From the NCBI GenBank assembly GCA_010909165.1, contig MU008149.1, positions 248,001-312,000 of the forward strand: DNA of 64,000 nt, in the 5' to 3' direction. Within the stretch, counting starts at the first letter, position 1; each line of letters opens with the position of its first letter. Of the stretch, positions 24,759-36,949 are shown piece by piece. Source of the DNA: Anthoceros angustus (lineage: Eukaryota > Plantae > Anthocerotophyta). The notes below the pieces were generated by a model, which was given only the letters and a program-made list of their open reading frames with translations, did not search any database and was not told where the DNA came from. A program made the position numbers and the translations under genes.

Positions 24759-27700
24759 GTTTCGTCTCAGTCTTTTTAAGATATGCAGCTTGATTGTTGT
24801 GGAGAAGAAAACCCCTGCAACCTGATTGTTTTTTCTTCCTTTCCTATTGTTTGAAAAGTTAGATATTCTTGTGGTGGAGCGAGAGCTAACCTTCCAATCT
24901 GAATCAAGCCTGGCACTGATAGCACGGGGAATTTCCATGGAGGCATCATTGATATTGCACAGGTAGACCAGGAGTTTGAGACGCTAAAGGATACGAAATG
25001 GGGCACGCAAATCAATATGCACAATTTTTAGCTACCCTGGACAGAAAACGAGGGACACTGGACAGGCTTAAAAAAGCAATTGAAAGACGTTCTCCGTGCC
25101 ACATGCTAACCAGTTGGGAAGCTGAAGATTTTAAAAAAGGCACTCGACAACCTCTTTTGCGTTGATCATGCACAGCGACTCAAATTTGTGTATCCTGAAA
25201 ACACGAAGCATTTTGTTTGCTACTCCTCCTATTGCTTGAACACAAACGGGATCTTCCAAGTTCTGCAAGCGTGCAACTTGATAGTTTGCACTTGCATTGA
25301 AAGGCAGAGGGAAGTTGCCGTAATTGCTCGACATGGCTATACATTCTTGTTTTGTCTGCGCACCTTGAATCAGTCAGGGGAAGTAGTTGTGTTGCAGTTC
25401 CTGAAGAGGCTTCTTGAAGTGTACTAACTGCCACGTTTTTTAGATTCGATGGATTGTTTTGACACGTGGCTGCATGGATTTTTTATGCTTGAGTAGCGTA
25501 GCATCATGGGCAATTGTGTGCATTGTAGCACTGCAATTTTGCGTTGCGGCAGTGTTTCAGGCATAAGATCGATATAGTCTGCTGACATCATGGGTCCGGT
25601 GTTGCAGCGGTAGTGGGGTTTAGTGCTTACCTTCAAGACATGGCTATCTATGGCGTAGCACTCAACTGATCAGCATTAAGAGAAGTAACCCAATAAAGGG
25701 GTGTATGTTGTGAATTTCGGCATATGCATGCACATTTGAAATCACACGCGGGCCCTGGCGGAAGTTGTGAGTTTCGCACTATAGGCCATGCCGGTGGACG
25801 GAATGAGAACTCTGCAATTGCGATGCCAAGAACCCAAATCCTTGACCCAATTCAGGTTGCCTACGGTGTCTACTTAATTAACAGATTGCAACGGGCCAAA
25901 ATTCAAAAACACACCAATGGTTAGTTCCTGGAAAAGTCCAGTCAAAACAAGAGTTGGGGAAATTATCTAAATTTTCCTCAGCCGGGCCCTTTTTTTACCT
26001 TGCCTGCGGGATGCAAATGGAAGCTGCCAGGGAGCCTTGGGACCGAGACCCCGTGAGGTGACGACCGGGATGGTTTGATTTAACCCTGATCCACCGACTC
26101 TTCCAACTTGCACGGAAGTAAGTGTCATGGATGCGTGATGTGGTGATCGAGGACTTTAGCCATTAATAACGCAAGCACTTTACGTTGTTTTTGAGGGAAT
26201 CTATGGTCCTGGGATGGTTAACCTTGCAGATGTGGCACACAAAATATAACGGCAGAATAACGCGACTAGGCCACGTTATTCCACTAACCTTATTCTAGGG
26301 CTCACATTGAAGTAGCGCTGGTTTGCATGCGCCAAATTCCAGCTCCAAGGAATGTGCCGACAATCCAATCGAAGAGGTCCTAAGCACCACTTGCTCTATT
26401 ATGTCCCTCCTCTTGTGTATGCTAAGAGAGGAGATAAGATAAGAGGGAGAGGACATGAGAGGGCTCCTCAGCAAACTACTAAAGAAAAGATTCAAGCTGG
26501 TCTTCGAGCAGTTCTTCGAGGTGGGTGAAAGGCTTAACAACGAGATCCTTATCAAGTAGGTCCTCGATTTCACTCTTGATAGATATAGCCAAAACCCCAG
26601 TTACATCCTATAGATGATAGGAGTCATCAACTTGCTGAATGAGGAAGGGGCTAGGAGAGATGAGATATTTCCTATGAAGCCGGAGGAAGTGTTTAGCCCT
26701 GACAACAAAAGATGGCCAATGTTGGCAGCGACAATACCCTTTTATATTTGGAAGTCCACTTCAGAAACGAATGCGCCTCCCTAATGAGATACGCTGGTCC
26801 CACTGAAGATCCCTGGGCTCGACCAAGCTTTCCAACTCCCAATCCAAGCGGAAGAGGGATTGGATGGCTTAGTGAGATATTAGTCGAGATGGCAAGCCTC
26901 CTGCAGAAAATTAGCCAAGTTGCGTTGCTTGCAAGGGTGATTAATCGGCTGCTAGTTGTCAGCAATTTGAGGCTGCCGCATCGCCCGACGATGATCCATA
27001 GCAGCAGAAACGAGCTCTTGGATGATATGTCGATCGTACCTCCTAGTCTTGCGAGTGAAGCGTCGGCAAAGCTCCCAAACAAGTGAGAGCAACCGGTGCT
27101 GCAAGTGATCGGAATGAGCAATCCTTTGCGGACTGCTAGCATCCACATTTTAGAACTTGGGGCCGATTTAATGAAGGAAACGAAAGTGAGTCCGAAGTCG
27201 CAAATCCAAAGAGTTAGATGCTTTAGGATTAAGGCTATATAAAATTTACCTTCATAGATCTCAATTAAAATTTACAATCAATTAAAATGCGAAAAATATC
27301 TAAATAAAGCTTAACATATCTTACTTATGACAATATACAATCGAGAAAGTCACGTAGAAGGGAAGACCTTCCGAGTTGCAGTCAAAAGGTATAGCCTGTA
27401 GGTATGCTTTCACGTGGGATGCTTTCTCCACGACTTTTCATATCTTATAACACGGTGTGATGAGACCACCAAGTCCATGGACTCGTGGCGAAATAACTAC
27501 CAACAGTATCTACAACAATATACATACCTCTGAGCGCGAATTGTATAATAATAAGGCGAGGGCCCGACTACGCGGGTTGCTGTCTGGTGGCGGCACCGTT
27601 TCCTTCCGTTTTGCCTCGGAGTCGTATTCCCGCCTGTCCATTATTGATAAAAGTGGCACCTCGGGCTGCCTGTGCAGCACTTTGCAAGACGCATAGGATC

Positions 27701-27798
27701 TGCCAGGCCGGTGACAGAAGTGGGAATCGAAGGATCGGCGGAGGGGGAGTCGGCGGGAGAGCATCGCAGGTGAGGCAATCCAATCCAGCGCGGTAGCA

Positions 27799-29047
27799 AT
27801 GGGATACCTGGATACAGCAGCATTGCTGGAGGCGCCGAGACGGCCGGTGCAGGCGGCGCTGGGAGTAGAGCAGCTCAAATTCATGTTCGGGGAGCAGAAG
27901 AAGTACATCGACTACTTCTTCGCCAACCTAGACTACAGGCAGGTGGTGGCCTTCACGCACCTGTGCCTGGAGACCAATGGGACCATCTTCTTCTCGGGCG
28001 TGGGGAAGAGCGGCTTCATCGCGCAGAAAATCTCGCAGACGCTCGTGTCCACGGGCACCAGATCAGGGTTCCTGTCCCCCCTGGACGCGCTGCACGGCGA
28101 CATCGGGATTCTGAGCTCCAAGGACATGCTGGTGATGCTGAGCAAGAGCGGGAGCACGGAGGAGCTCTGCAGGCTGGTGCCCTGCGCCCGGGCCAAGGGC
28201 GCGTACCTGGTTGGAATTTCGTCGCTCAAGAACTCCAGCCTCTCGCGCCTGTGCGACATGCATGTGCACCTCCCGCTGCTGCGAGAGCTCTGTCCCTTTG
28301 ATCTCGCGCCGGTGACGTCCACCGCGGTGCAGATGCTGTTCGGCGACACCGTGGCCATCGCGCTGATGCAGGCCAAGAACCTGACCAAGGAGGAGTACGC
28401 GCTGAACCACCCTGCGGGGCGGATAGGGAAGCGGCTCATTCTCAGGGTGAGGGAGGGAGCTGGCCGCATTGCCGGTGTTGATGCGTCTTGGCTTTTAGCG
28501 AAACGTTGATGCTTGTTTGGTGTCTTGGCAATGCTGACCTTGTGCGGGGAACGGGTGCAGGTGCAGGATGTGATGAAGAAGGAGAAGGAGGTGCCTCTGT
28601 GTAGGGAAGGTGATCTTATCATGGACCAGCTTGTGGAAGTGAGCATGAAAGGCTGCGGATGCCTGCTTGTTGTTGATGACAAGCACCGGCTTCTCGGAAC
28701 CTTCACGGACGGGGATTTGCGGAGGACGCTCAAGTCCCACGCGGAGAGGATCTTCAAGCTGACTGTCGGGGAGATGTGCAACAGGTGATCTGTGTCTGTG
28801 CGAGTGCGTTTGCCCTATTTGTGCATTCCCTGAATCAGATGTGAGAATTGGATCTGGCTTCCTACTGACATGACTTATTTCCGTCTGCAGATTCCCCAGG
28901 TGTATTCAGGCAAACTGCATGGCTGCGGATGCCATGCTCTTGATGGAGGCTCCTCCATCTCCCATCACTTTCCTCCCAGTTGTGGACAACTCCAATGTGG
29001 TGATAGGTCTTGTTACTCTGCACGAGCTGGTGTCTGCTGGTCTGTGA
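27799..29047 (+). CDS. SETH3: Arabinose-5-phosphate isomerase (KdsD/KpsF family, SIS + 2 CBS), join(27799..28446,28561..28784,28891..29047)
   Basis: [60 protein letters not shown]; GT-AG introns keep the frame into VQDVMKK...[10 protein letters not shown]...[11 protein letters not shown]...[11 protein letters not shown]. Confidence 0.96.
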
Positions 29048-29513
29048 CCATCTCTCCGATATACTTCTCTGTTCCCAAGTCTGCAACCTTTGAAGCAGAC
29101 GGAGAAGTTCAGGCTACAACAAAAGGGAGGCAGCCTGTAATGGGAGTGTACTTTAGTTGTGAGACACTGATACTTTTTAGGTTTGAAACTGGTGTCTCGC
29201 ACGCCTGATTCTTTGCCACCTATAGCGGTTGGCCGCCTCTTTGAACTGTGCAAGCCAGTCTTTGCTCAATGTATCTTGCATCCCACAGCCAAGGTACGTG
29301 GAAGGCGCATAACACTCTCCGCTGAAAAGACCACTGGGATGTGGTGTCACCCATCCCCTATTCCAAGGCTCTTTGTGGCTACGATATATTTGTCTGAAGC
29401 CCTCCAGGGCTCGCACGATTAAAATAAAGCCACCCTTGGGATCGTGAAAGCCAATGAGGATGGTCTCTGAAGCCTTTCGAAAAAGCACTCTTGAGCCGTG
29501 AAAGCCCTTGAGG

Positions 29514-30535
29514 ATGGTTGTCCCAATTGCTTGTGATCAGGGGCCGGTTTACATCATCGGAGGAGGTCGCATAGGAACGGCCTTTTTGCAGATTGCAGGT
29601 GCCAGGTACCTTTCTTCTTGCAGACATTTGCTGTAAACGTTCATGGCTATTTGGCAACAACTCACGCTCTTGCACCACCCTGGCCGGAATGGCTCATCTG
29701 AATGGCGTGTGAGGCAGGGGGAAAATCTTGAAGCGTGGAGAGAACGTCCCCGATAGCAGCCCGACTTCCCCTATCCTGGTGGCAACTCACTGCAGTCATC
29801 TCGATGCTGTACTAGCACAGACAAGTTTTGAAAGGTGGAAGGACCTTGTGTTCACGCAGAATGGAATGCTGCAGCCTTGGCTTCGCAGGCACGGTCTCCA
29901 AGACAACACCCAAATGCTCCTCTACATGTCTTCTTTTCCAGAGGCAAACGGTAGCATGAAGATCGTCACTGGAGGAAGGGAGTCACTCGTCTGGGGCAGG
30001 TGCGTCTGTTTACTCACCGCCTTCACCTCCAGGACATGTTATGAATTCGTTCACCTCTCAGTCGCACCTGCTCTTTCGCTGCAGATGGGCGTGCACTGTA
30101 GCTGAGATGATGCATTCTAGGGGACTGCCAGCTTCAGAGGTTACGCACCGAGTTTTCCTCGAGGGTGTGATAGAGAAGCTTCTTTGGAGCTCCACCTTCT
30201 GGCTCCTCAGTGCTGCTCTTGGAGGTGTGCCCGTGGGAAGACTGGCAAAGGAGCACACCCATGACATCCTTCAACTCACCGCTGAGCTGCTACCATTGGC
30301 TCATGCCGGTTCGTTTTCACATGGCGTCGTAGAATCCTTGTCCGATTCTCACGAGGTGCCCCACAAGAACGTCAAGGAAATGGTGGATAGACTGTGTGCG
30401 TACTCCCTAGCCATTGCGGATGCAGTCCCCAGCGTGGATGTGGCCAGATCTGAGTTTCCTTGGCGAAATGGGTGGTTGTTAGAGCTCAAGCACACCCCAT
30501 TGCATCTGATGTGGCTGAAGAAGGCAGGATTCTAG
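29514..30535 (+). CDS. At1g16080-like conserved Rossmann-fold (ketopantoate-reductase-like) protein, join(29514..29605,29718..29999,30085..30535)
   Basis: IIGGGRIG dinucleotide-binding motif, KRGE..P..PILV..HLDAVL...RWKDLVFTQNGMLQPWL, GRWA, EKLLW, RLCAYS, EFPWRNGW, PLHLMWLK; introns keep the frame. The start codon is uncertain. Confidence 0.8.
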
Positions 30536-31192
30536 CCTAGTTCAACGTGGTCACCGGCATGTCCTTTCCTGCTTGCTTTTCACTTCAGCGACGTAAGGCG
30601 GGGGCTAGCCCTGCCTGCTCTTGGTCTGTCGCCGGCCTTGTTCTCATGCTGGGCACGGTATGTAATCGTTCTCATCATATGAAGTCCAGAACCGTTCTAT
30701 AAAAAACAAAACCTTAGCCACCGACATCCTAGCACCCATAGACTCCAAGATTTTAAAGGCTTGTGCACATCTTTGTGTATTTTTATTTTTCGCTATTCCA
30801 CATATATATATAAATTATGCTATATTTTATATAGGATAAATATATATGATCTATGATTTATAATAAAAATTTATAAAATTATACTTAAATTATATTTTTA
30901 ATAAGAATATAATTTATATAAATTTAATCATATCGATTCAATTTCATTTCTATATAGAAAGTATCGAGTTTTTGATCATTTTTGTGTTATATATGTATAA
31001 CCCCTTCTTCAGTTCTCAGTTATTTTTTCTCTTCTTATATTTCTTCCTTTTCTCAATTATTAAATTGTTAGACATAGCTTAGATGTTCCTAACTTTTTTG
31101 TCGACAAAGTGAAGGAAGGTTTCCATTTTGGATTGAATTTTAGGTTATGTACCTCCCCATCTGCACGAGACAACCAGGTATTCCTCTTGTGT

Positions 31193-31213
31193 GGGTTTAG
31201 GGTTTAGGGTTTA
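31193..31213. promoter_or_regulatory. Interstitial telomeric repeat / telo-box (GGGTTTA)x3
   Basis: GGGTTTAGGGTTTAGGGTTTA about 370 bp upstream of the TPD1-like ATG. Confidence 0.6.
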
Positions 31214-31582
31214 TCTTACAAGTTTTGGTCGCCTGGGAGGTCATCTAACCCATTCTGACATATTTTCCAAAACATATGTACCTGGAGAACGAAAGACATG
31301 CCTGTTGATTGATTGAGTTTTTCTATGCTTTCTTCTTTAGAGCTAATATTTTTATATATGTGATAATGGGGTCATACAAAAAAAATCTTTTCTTTCGAGT
31401 GCAAAGTGAGTTTGGTCATGTTTTCTTCTTTGTGAAAAAGTAATTCTTGTTTTTAACATGTCTATTGCTATTGGTTTTCAATTCTGGAGGAAAAAATATT
31501 CTATTCAGTCACGGATCAAAAAATTGATGTGATATATTTATAATAATTATCTGGACCTTCATTTTTGCAGATATTTTTAAGG

Positions 31583-33357
31583 ATGAAGAGAAAGGAAAAA
31601 TGGGCATTGGTATCACTAGTTACTCTTATCTTATCTTTCAACATGTGTAATCTGTTGAATATTTTTAAACTCCATCATAAAGGTACGTGATATATTCAAT
31701 ATGTTTTGGTTAGCTGATTGACCTGAGTGAATTTCAATAATCTCATGTCATCTCTTTAAATTAATATAAATATTTTTTTAATAGTTTCACACAGAGACAG
31801 CCCACTCGTCTCGGTTGTGCGTTACCCAGAATCACATCGACGCCTACTTTTTGCTAAGCTGCAAGATGTTGAAGGTTTGTATTTTGATTGCCAAATTAGA
31901 TAAAAACTTTTGTTAATGAGCTTATAGAATTTTATTGACCTCCAATTTTGATTGCAGATGGACAAGTGTGTCCAAACAGTCTTGTTCTCATCCAGACCGC
32001 GCTAGAGCAAAGCACCAAGGGCTACAGGTACATGGTAAACGTGACTAATCCATGTGCAGACGCAACAGAAACATGTGGGCCTTCACAAGTGATCTTGGGT
32101 TGTGACAATTTGAAGGCGTTAGAAAATCCAAATGGAGATATATCTGCGGTGCCCGGGGAGACAAATCAATGGCTGGTTCATTCAGGGAAGGTCATAGTAC
32201 CGGACTCCGATGTGGTATTCTACTACGTCAGGGATGACAGCTTCCAGAACGACTTTGTGTTTCACAGTGTGAAGCAGTGTGATGCAGGGGGGAATACTAG
32301 TACTCCAGGAACGCCAAGGACACCAGCGGCTCCTCCACCTGAGGACGGATCCCAACCATGGCCATTGGAGCCGCCTAGCAATGGCGGAGCTGGAGGTCCA
32401 CCGGGGAAGGGATTGAAGCCCACACCGCTGCCTCCTCTCGGATCCCCAGCCAGTCCCCCAGGTTCAAGAGGAGGAGGTTCGCCACCACCTCCCATCAAGT
32501 TCTTGCCGCCGTTGATTTCACTGCCTCCGATTGTTGTTCCACCGGTGATGTTCGCACCAGGACAGGATTTTGCTACCCCGCCTGTAGTGTCACCGGCGTT
32601 GCCGCCGTTCCCGCCTCTGCCACCATCGCCACCGGTGGTGATGCCACCAGGACCTGGAGCGCTTCCGCCAGGAGCACGAGAGCTTCATCCGCCTCCAGTG
32701 TTGCCGCCTGGAGTGTCACCGGCGTTGCCGCCGTTCCCGCCTCTGCCGCCATCGCCACCGGTGGTGATGCCACCAGGACCTGGAGCGCTTCCGCCAGGAG
32801 CAGGAGAGCTTCACCCGCCTCCAGTGTTGCCGCCAGGAGGGTCACCGGCGTTGCCGCCATTCCCGCCTCTGCCGCCATCGCCACCGGTGGTGATGCCACC
32901 AGGACCTGGAGCGCTTCCGCCAGGAGCAGGAGAGCTTCACCCGCCTCCAGTGTTGCCGCCAGGAGTGTCACCGGCGTTGCCGCCATTCCCACCTCTGCCG
33001 CCATCGCCACCGGTGGTGATGCCACCAGGACCTGGAGCGCTTCCGCCAGGAGCAGGAGAGCTTCACCCGCCTCCAGTGTTGCCGCCTGGAGTGTCACCGG
33101 CGTTGCCGCCGTTGCCGCCGTTCCCGCCTCTGCCGCCATCGCCACCGGTGGTGATGCCACCAGGACCTGGAGCGCTTTCGCCAGGATCAGGAGAGCTTCA
33201 TCCGCCTACAGTGTCGCCGGCGTCGCCACCCGGAGTGTCACCGGCGCTGCCGCCGTTCCCGCCTCTGCCGGCATCGCCGCCGGTCGTGATGCCACCGGGA
33301 CCTGGAGCGCTCCCCCCAGGAGCAGGAGAGCTTCATCCACCTTCAGTGTCTGCTTAG
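31583..33357 (+). CDS. Secreted TPD1-like Cys-domain protein with Pro-rich repeat tail, join(31583..31682,31785..31874,31958..33357)
   Basis: Hydrophobic leader MKRKEKWALVSLVTLILSFNMC, RRLL motif, domain VCPNSLVLIQ..YMVNVTNPC...CGPSQVILGC...LVHSGKVI...VVFYY...VKQC (TPD1-like Cys spacing), then ~6 copies of a ~41-aa Pro repeat; phase-1 GT-AG introns are consistent. Confidence 0.75.
32570..33350 (+). repeat. Coding tandem repeat, ~123-bp unit, ~6 copies
   Basis: Encodes PPVLPPGVSPALPPFPPLPPSPPVVMPPGPGALPPGAGELH. Confidence 0.95.
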
Positions 33358-33959
33358 GAAAGGTGCCTCGGAGTTCCACATTTTTGGACCTCATAAACTG
33401 TGACGCTCACTCCTCTGGATTAAAATAAATTTCTTCTTTTCTTCTCATCCGCAAAGCACAGGACGCGTTGAGGGGCCTGCAGTTTTCGGGAACTCCTTTG
33501 CGCTTGCTTTCAATTGCTTTTACTGGGTCAGATCAGGCTATCCTGGATTTGCTAAGGGCAACATTCATTCTGAGTTGTAGGGAACTTACAAGCAAGCAAA
33601 CAGGTCGTGCCAACGGAAGCGCTGTTTGCATCCTGAAAACTGCACTGCAAATTTCCATGGTCAACCAACACATCGGGTTTTTCAAGTGTCTCAGACAACA
33701 ATCATGGTCAATAAATGTCCACCTGCACCAGCCTGCATATGCCAAAACCCGTCAGGCCAAGAGTAATGGAAATTTAACGACAACACTGAGCTGTGCTGGG
33801 CGGCACAGTGTGTGAATACTGCGGCTGCAAAAGACGGCCCTACACATGTACAACCCTCCATGGCTGCCTCGAAAAAAGAACGGATGGCAAGAGCAAGTAA
33901 CATCTGGACATGCAGCAGAATGTTGCGGAAACCATTTCAGGTCGTAGATCTTCTAGACG

Positions 33960-35100
33960 GCGGATAGCTAATAGCAGCAATCAATCTGCTGGGGAGCTTA
34001 CTGGGGCTCAGACCCTATCTCGCCAGCAGATTGAGGAGACTCAGAGCATTAACTGGCACGACCCCTGAAAAATGGGACCTCATAACTCGCAAGTCCTGTG
34101 TACACAGCTGTGAAGTTGCCCAGTATCGATCAGATTCATTTGCTTTATGATCACCGGGGGCGTGTACGTGAAAGTATTGTGGCACGAACTGTTATACATA
34201 CTGTTGTATGTAGGCAGATTGAATTTAAACCACTCAGGAGAATATTTGACTTGTTGGTTTATAAGCCACCTTTCCAAGCAATGAGGATATGGCTCTCGTT
34301 CTTCGGGTAGACAAGAACAAGGTGTTGTCTCGATTTGAGGGATCTTTTCTCTTTGCTATGTATCATATGCATGCAGGCATGCCTAAGGCAACGTCTGACA
34401 GAACTCTGGTGCGGATTTGCTTGCGGATGGGCATATGCAAGTGCTTGTGTCAACAGCGACACTTGTGTAGGCAGGCCCATACTGTAATTATCAAGGGTGC
34501 GCAAATCTAAAATCCTGAGAAAGGAATCGGGACAGAGCTGAGCCCCTTGGATGCTATGCAACTGCTTGGTCGTGCTCGTCGCACGCAGTTTGCAAGTTGA
34601 CACTTATGGGGAGGGGATTATCATCGAAGGCCACAGCGATCCGCAGTATTATCTCTCGCATGAACCAGCAGCTGCCTCTTGAGAGTCAGTATATATCACG
34701 GCTTGATTGTGAGGGAGACATTGAGGTGTGTCAGCCTTGGTACTATGGCGTATGGAAACTTACAATGAGCATTTGAAGCTCACAACGAGCATTTGAAGCT
34801 TACAATGGGAGAAATTGAGGTGTGCATATTGTTTTCTGTGAGTAAGGAATTTTGTGATTGTCCGTGAGGAAGAGAAAATGGAGCTTGCCAAGTTGTTAGA
34901 TAGAGTGCGGATACCGGAAAGCTTGGAACGTTCAGCCAAGTGCCAAAGTCGATGCACTCTTGCAAGCGCTTATAAAACATCACACCTGCAGCTGGGGAAC
35001 TCGTCTCTTACCTCATACCTGGCTTTTATTACCCAGAGTCCTGGGCCATTGCTGAGGGGCTTGTTGCTGGCCATGGGTCGTCCCGACTTGAACGGATCCG
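33960..35100 (+). pseudogene. BRR2: Collapsed fragment of the U5 snRNP helicase Brr2/SNRNP200 (first helicase cassette to Sec63)
   Basis: Frameshifted GELTG..LSRQQIEETQ..TPEKWDLITRKS, DQIHLL...ESIVART, LALVLRVD, HAGM, HMQVLVSTAT, AHTVIIKG, ELSPLDAMQLLGRA, DTYGEGII, MNQQLPLESQYISRL, EEKMELAKLLDRV, AFITQS. Confidence 0.85.
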
Positions 35101-36949
35101 GAGAGAAAAAGCGGCAGTCTGAGATGCCAGGTACTAGCTACATAGAGGTTTCGGCGGTGTGACCTGCTCCGAATACCTGCAGTGAGAGCAGTCCAAGACA
35201 TCGCATATCGTTTTTGGACAGATTTGTGTTAACGCTTTCCAACCTGCCACATTTTTGTGTACATGTTTATTACCGATCAACTGTTGGTTGCAGACACAAT
35301 AGACTGAAGCCCTCGTTTTCTAGTTTGTGTATGAGCTGCTTGCCTTTCCCAAAGCGGAGTGCCCGCACATGTACATCTGGTGGTATAGTGTTAATTGGGA
35401 AAGCTACTTTGCAATCAACGAGATCAGATTCTTATTTCTCGAGATTATATCATCGAACCATTGAACTCAAAGGCTATATATGTAGTGATTTGGGACATTA
35501 AATATCATGTACGCCGCCTTTCGTCAAGCGTTCAAGCAAAACGAGCTCGAGGTTGCGGGATGGAGACGGAGAATGAAGGTTCCGGATGGATGGTGCAGGA
35601 GGATGTTGCGTGTAGCGAGTTGTGTGGCACCGTGGTGGCCTTGATCCGTGCTCGGCCGCCATTGGTGAGTCTTCACGATCCCGCGTGTGTGTAGGGCATG
35701 GAATGCGGCCGTGGAGTCGCCGTGGTTGTTGAAGGCGCATGGAATCCTGCAAGCGGGGGTACGAGTTGCATCGTTCGTAGTAGGCGCCTCCACAACATGA
35801 GCATGGCCTCATGCGTCTACAACTTGACCTCAGGCCGCGGTACCAAGTCCAACTCCGCCATGGATTCGGGCGGATGTGGAGCTCCCACGGTGTCGGCGGC
35901 GGTCTTGCGGCCGATAGTCGCGAATACATATCTTGGATGGCGGCAAAGGCGGATGGTCATCCCACATGCGCAACCCGGCGGCGGGCTCTTGGGCTCGCTT
36001 CGCACCGTGGTGTGCGGGTCGGCGATGTGGGCGTGTTGGTGGACGCCACGGCAAAATGCTTCAAGCTTGTGGCACTCGCAGCTCGAGGCTGTCCGAGGAT
36101 ATGGGCCAACCCGTCCGGACGTTTGTCTTCGATTCACGCTCGGGAGGTGGAGCATGACAACCTCAAGGTTTCGAGGGGCCGCGTGCTTGACAACAAGTCC
36201 GATCATGGAGTCTTTGTGGGCACCGTGCTCTCTGCTTGGCCACACTAGGATGCGACCGCTGGCCTATGACCTAGAGGGAGGAGCTGGACCCGGCTGGCCC
36301 GAGCCCATACTTCATCTTCTACTCCAACCTCGTGAGCGTCACGAGGCCAGTTGTGCGTGACCAAGTGTTGAATTCCGGTGAGTGAAGTGAGTTTGGAGAT
36401 TTGGGAGTGGATTTGGCGTCCATGACGTGGGCGATGGTGGAGGCCATGCCCCCGCCATGTTCACTCAATTATGGAAAAATTTGAGTCGCGGACGCACGGG
36501 GATTGTGGCGGGGGATTTCCAAGTATCGTGATGCATGAAAGGTGGAGCCGATCGTGTCGCCGATTTGCGACAAAAAACTGCGGACTTGGAGGTGCCTTCC
36601 TACTGTAACATCATAATATTTGAACCGGCGAATATACGAACCGCTTTGAAAGGACCAAATTCGGGTTCCCCATCGATCCGTTAAGCATGTTTAGTGCTTG
36701 AGTTTGCGCATCCCGTTTGTGGATGCTTTCACACGAATGTGGGTATGTTGGTGCATTCGGACCTCTCGTGAGCGGCCAGATGTCTTATAGGTGTGAAAGC
36801 AGGTCTACGGATATTTTGCCGTCAAGGAAGTCATCCTTGTCAAAGCGAATAACAATGTCACTCATAGTAAAGAAGGAGAACAGCGGCATGCCCCGCCGCA
36901 TGTAATTCTAACCATTCGAGGTTATGGAACTTTCAAAACTAAACTAGAC

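Noticed and set aside
25980-26200. Structured ncRNA/snoRNA candidate
   Set aside because: No clear C/D or H/ACA box pair and no recognisable RNA family.
26290-27180. L1-type LINE C-terminal fragment (FYIWK / RNEC)
   Set aside because: Only a two-word motif across a frameshift; too weak to call.
32573-33160. Ala-rich antisense ORF
   Set aside because: Shadow of the Pro-rich coding repeat on the plus strand.
35477-35488. TGTAGTG as a CACTA right end capturing the Brr2 fragment
   Set aside because: No matching CACTACA left end upstream and no TSD.
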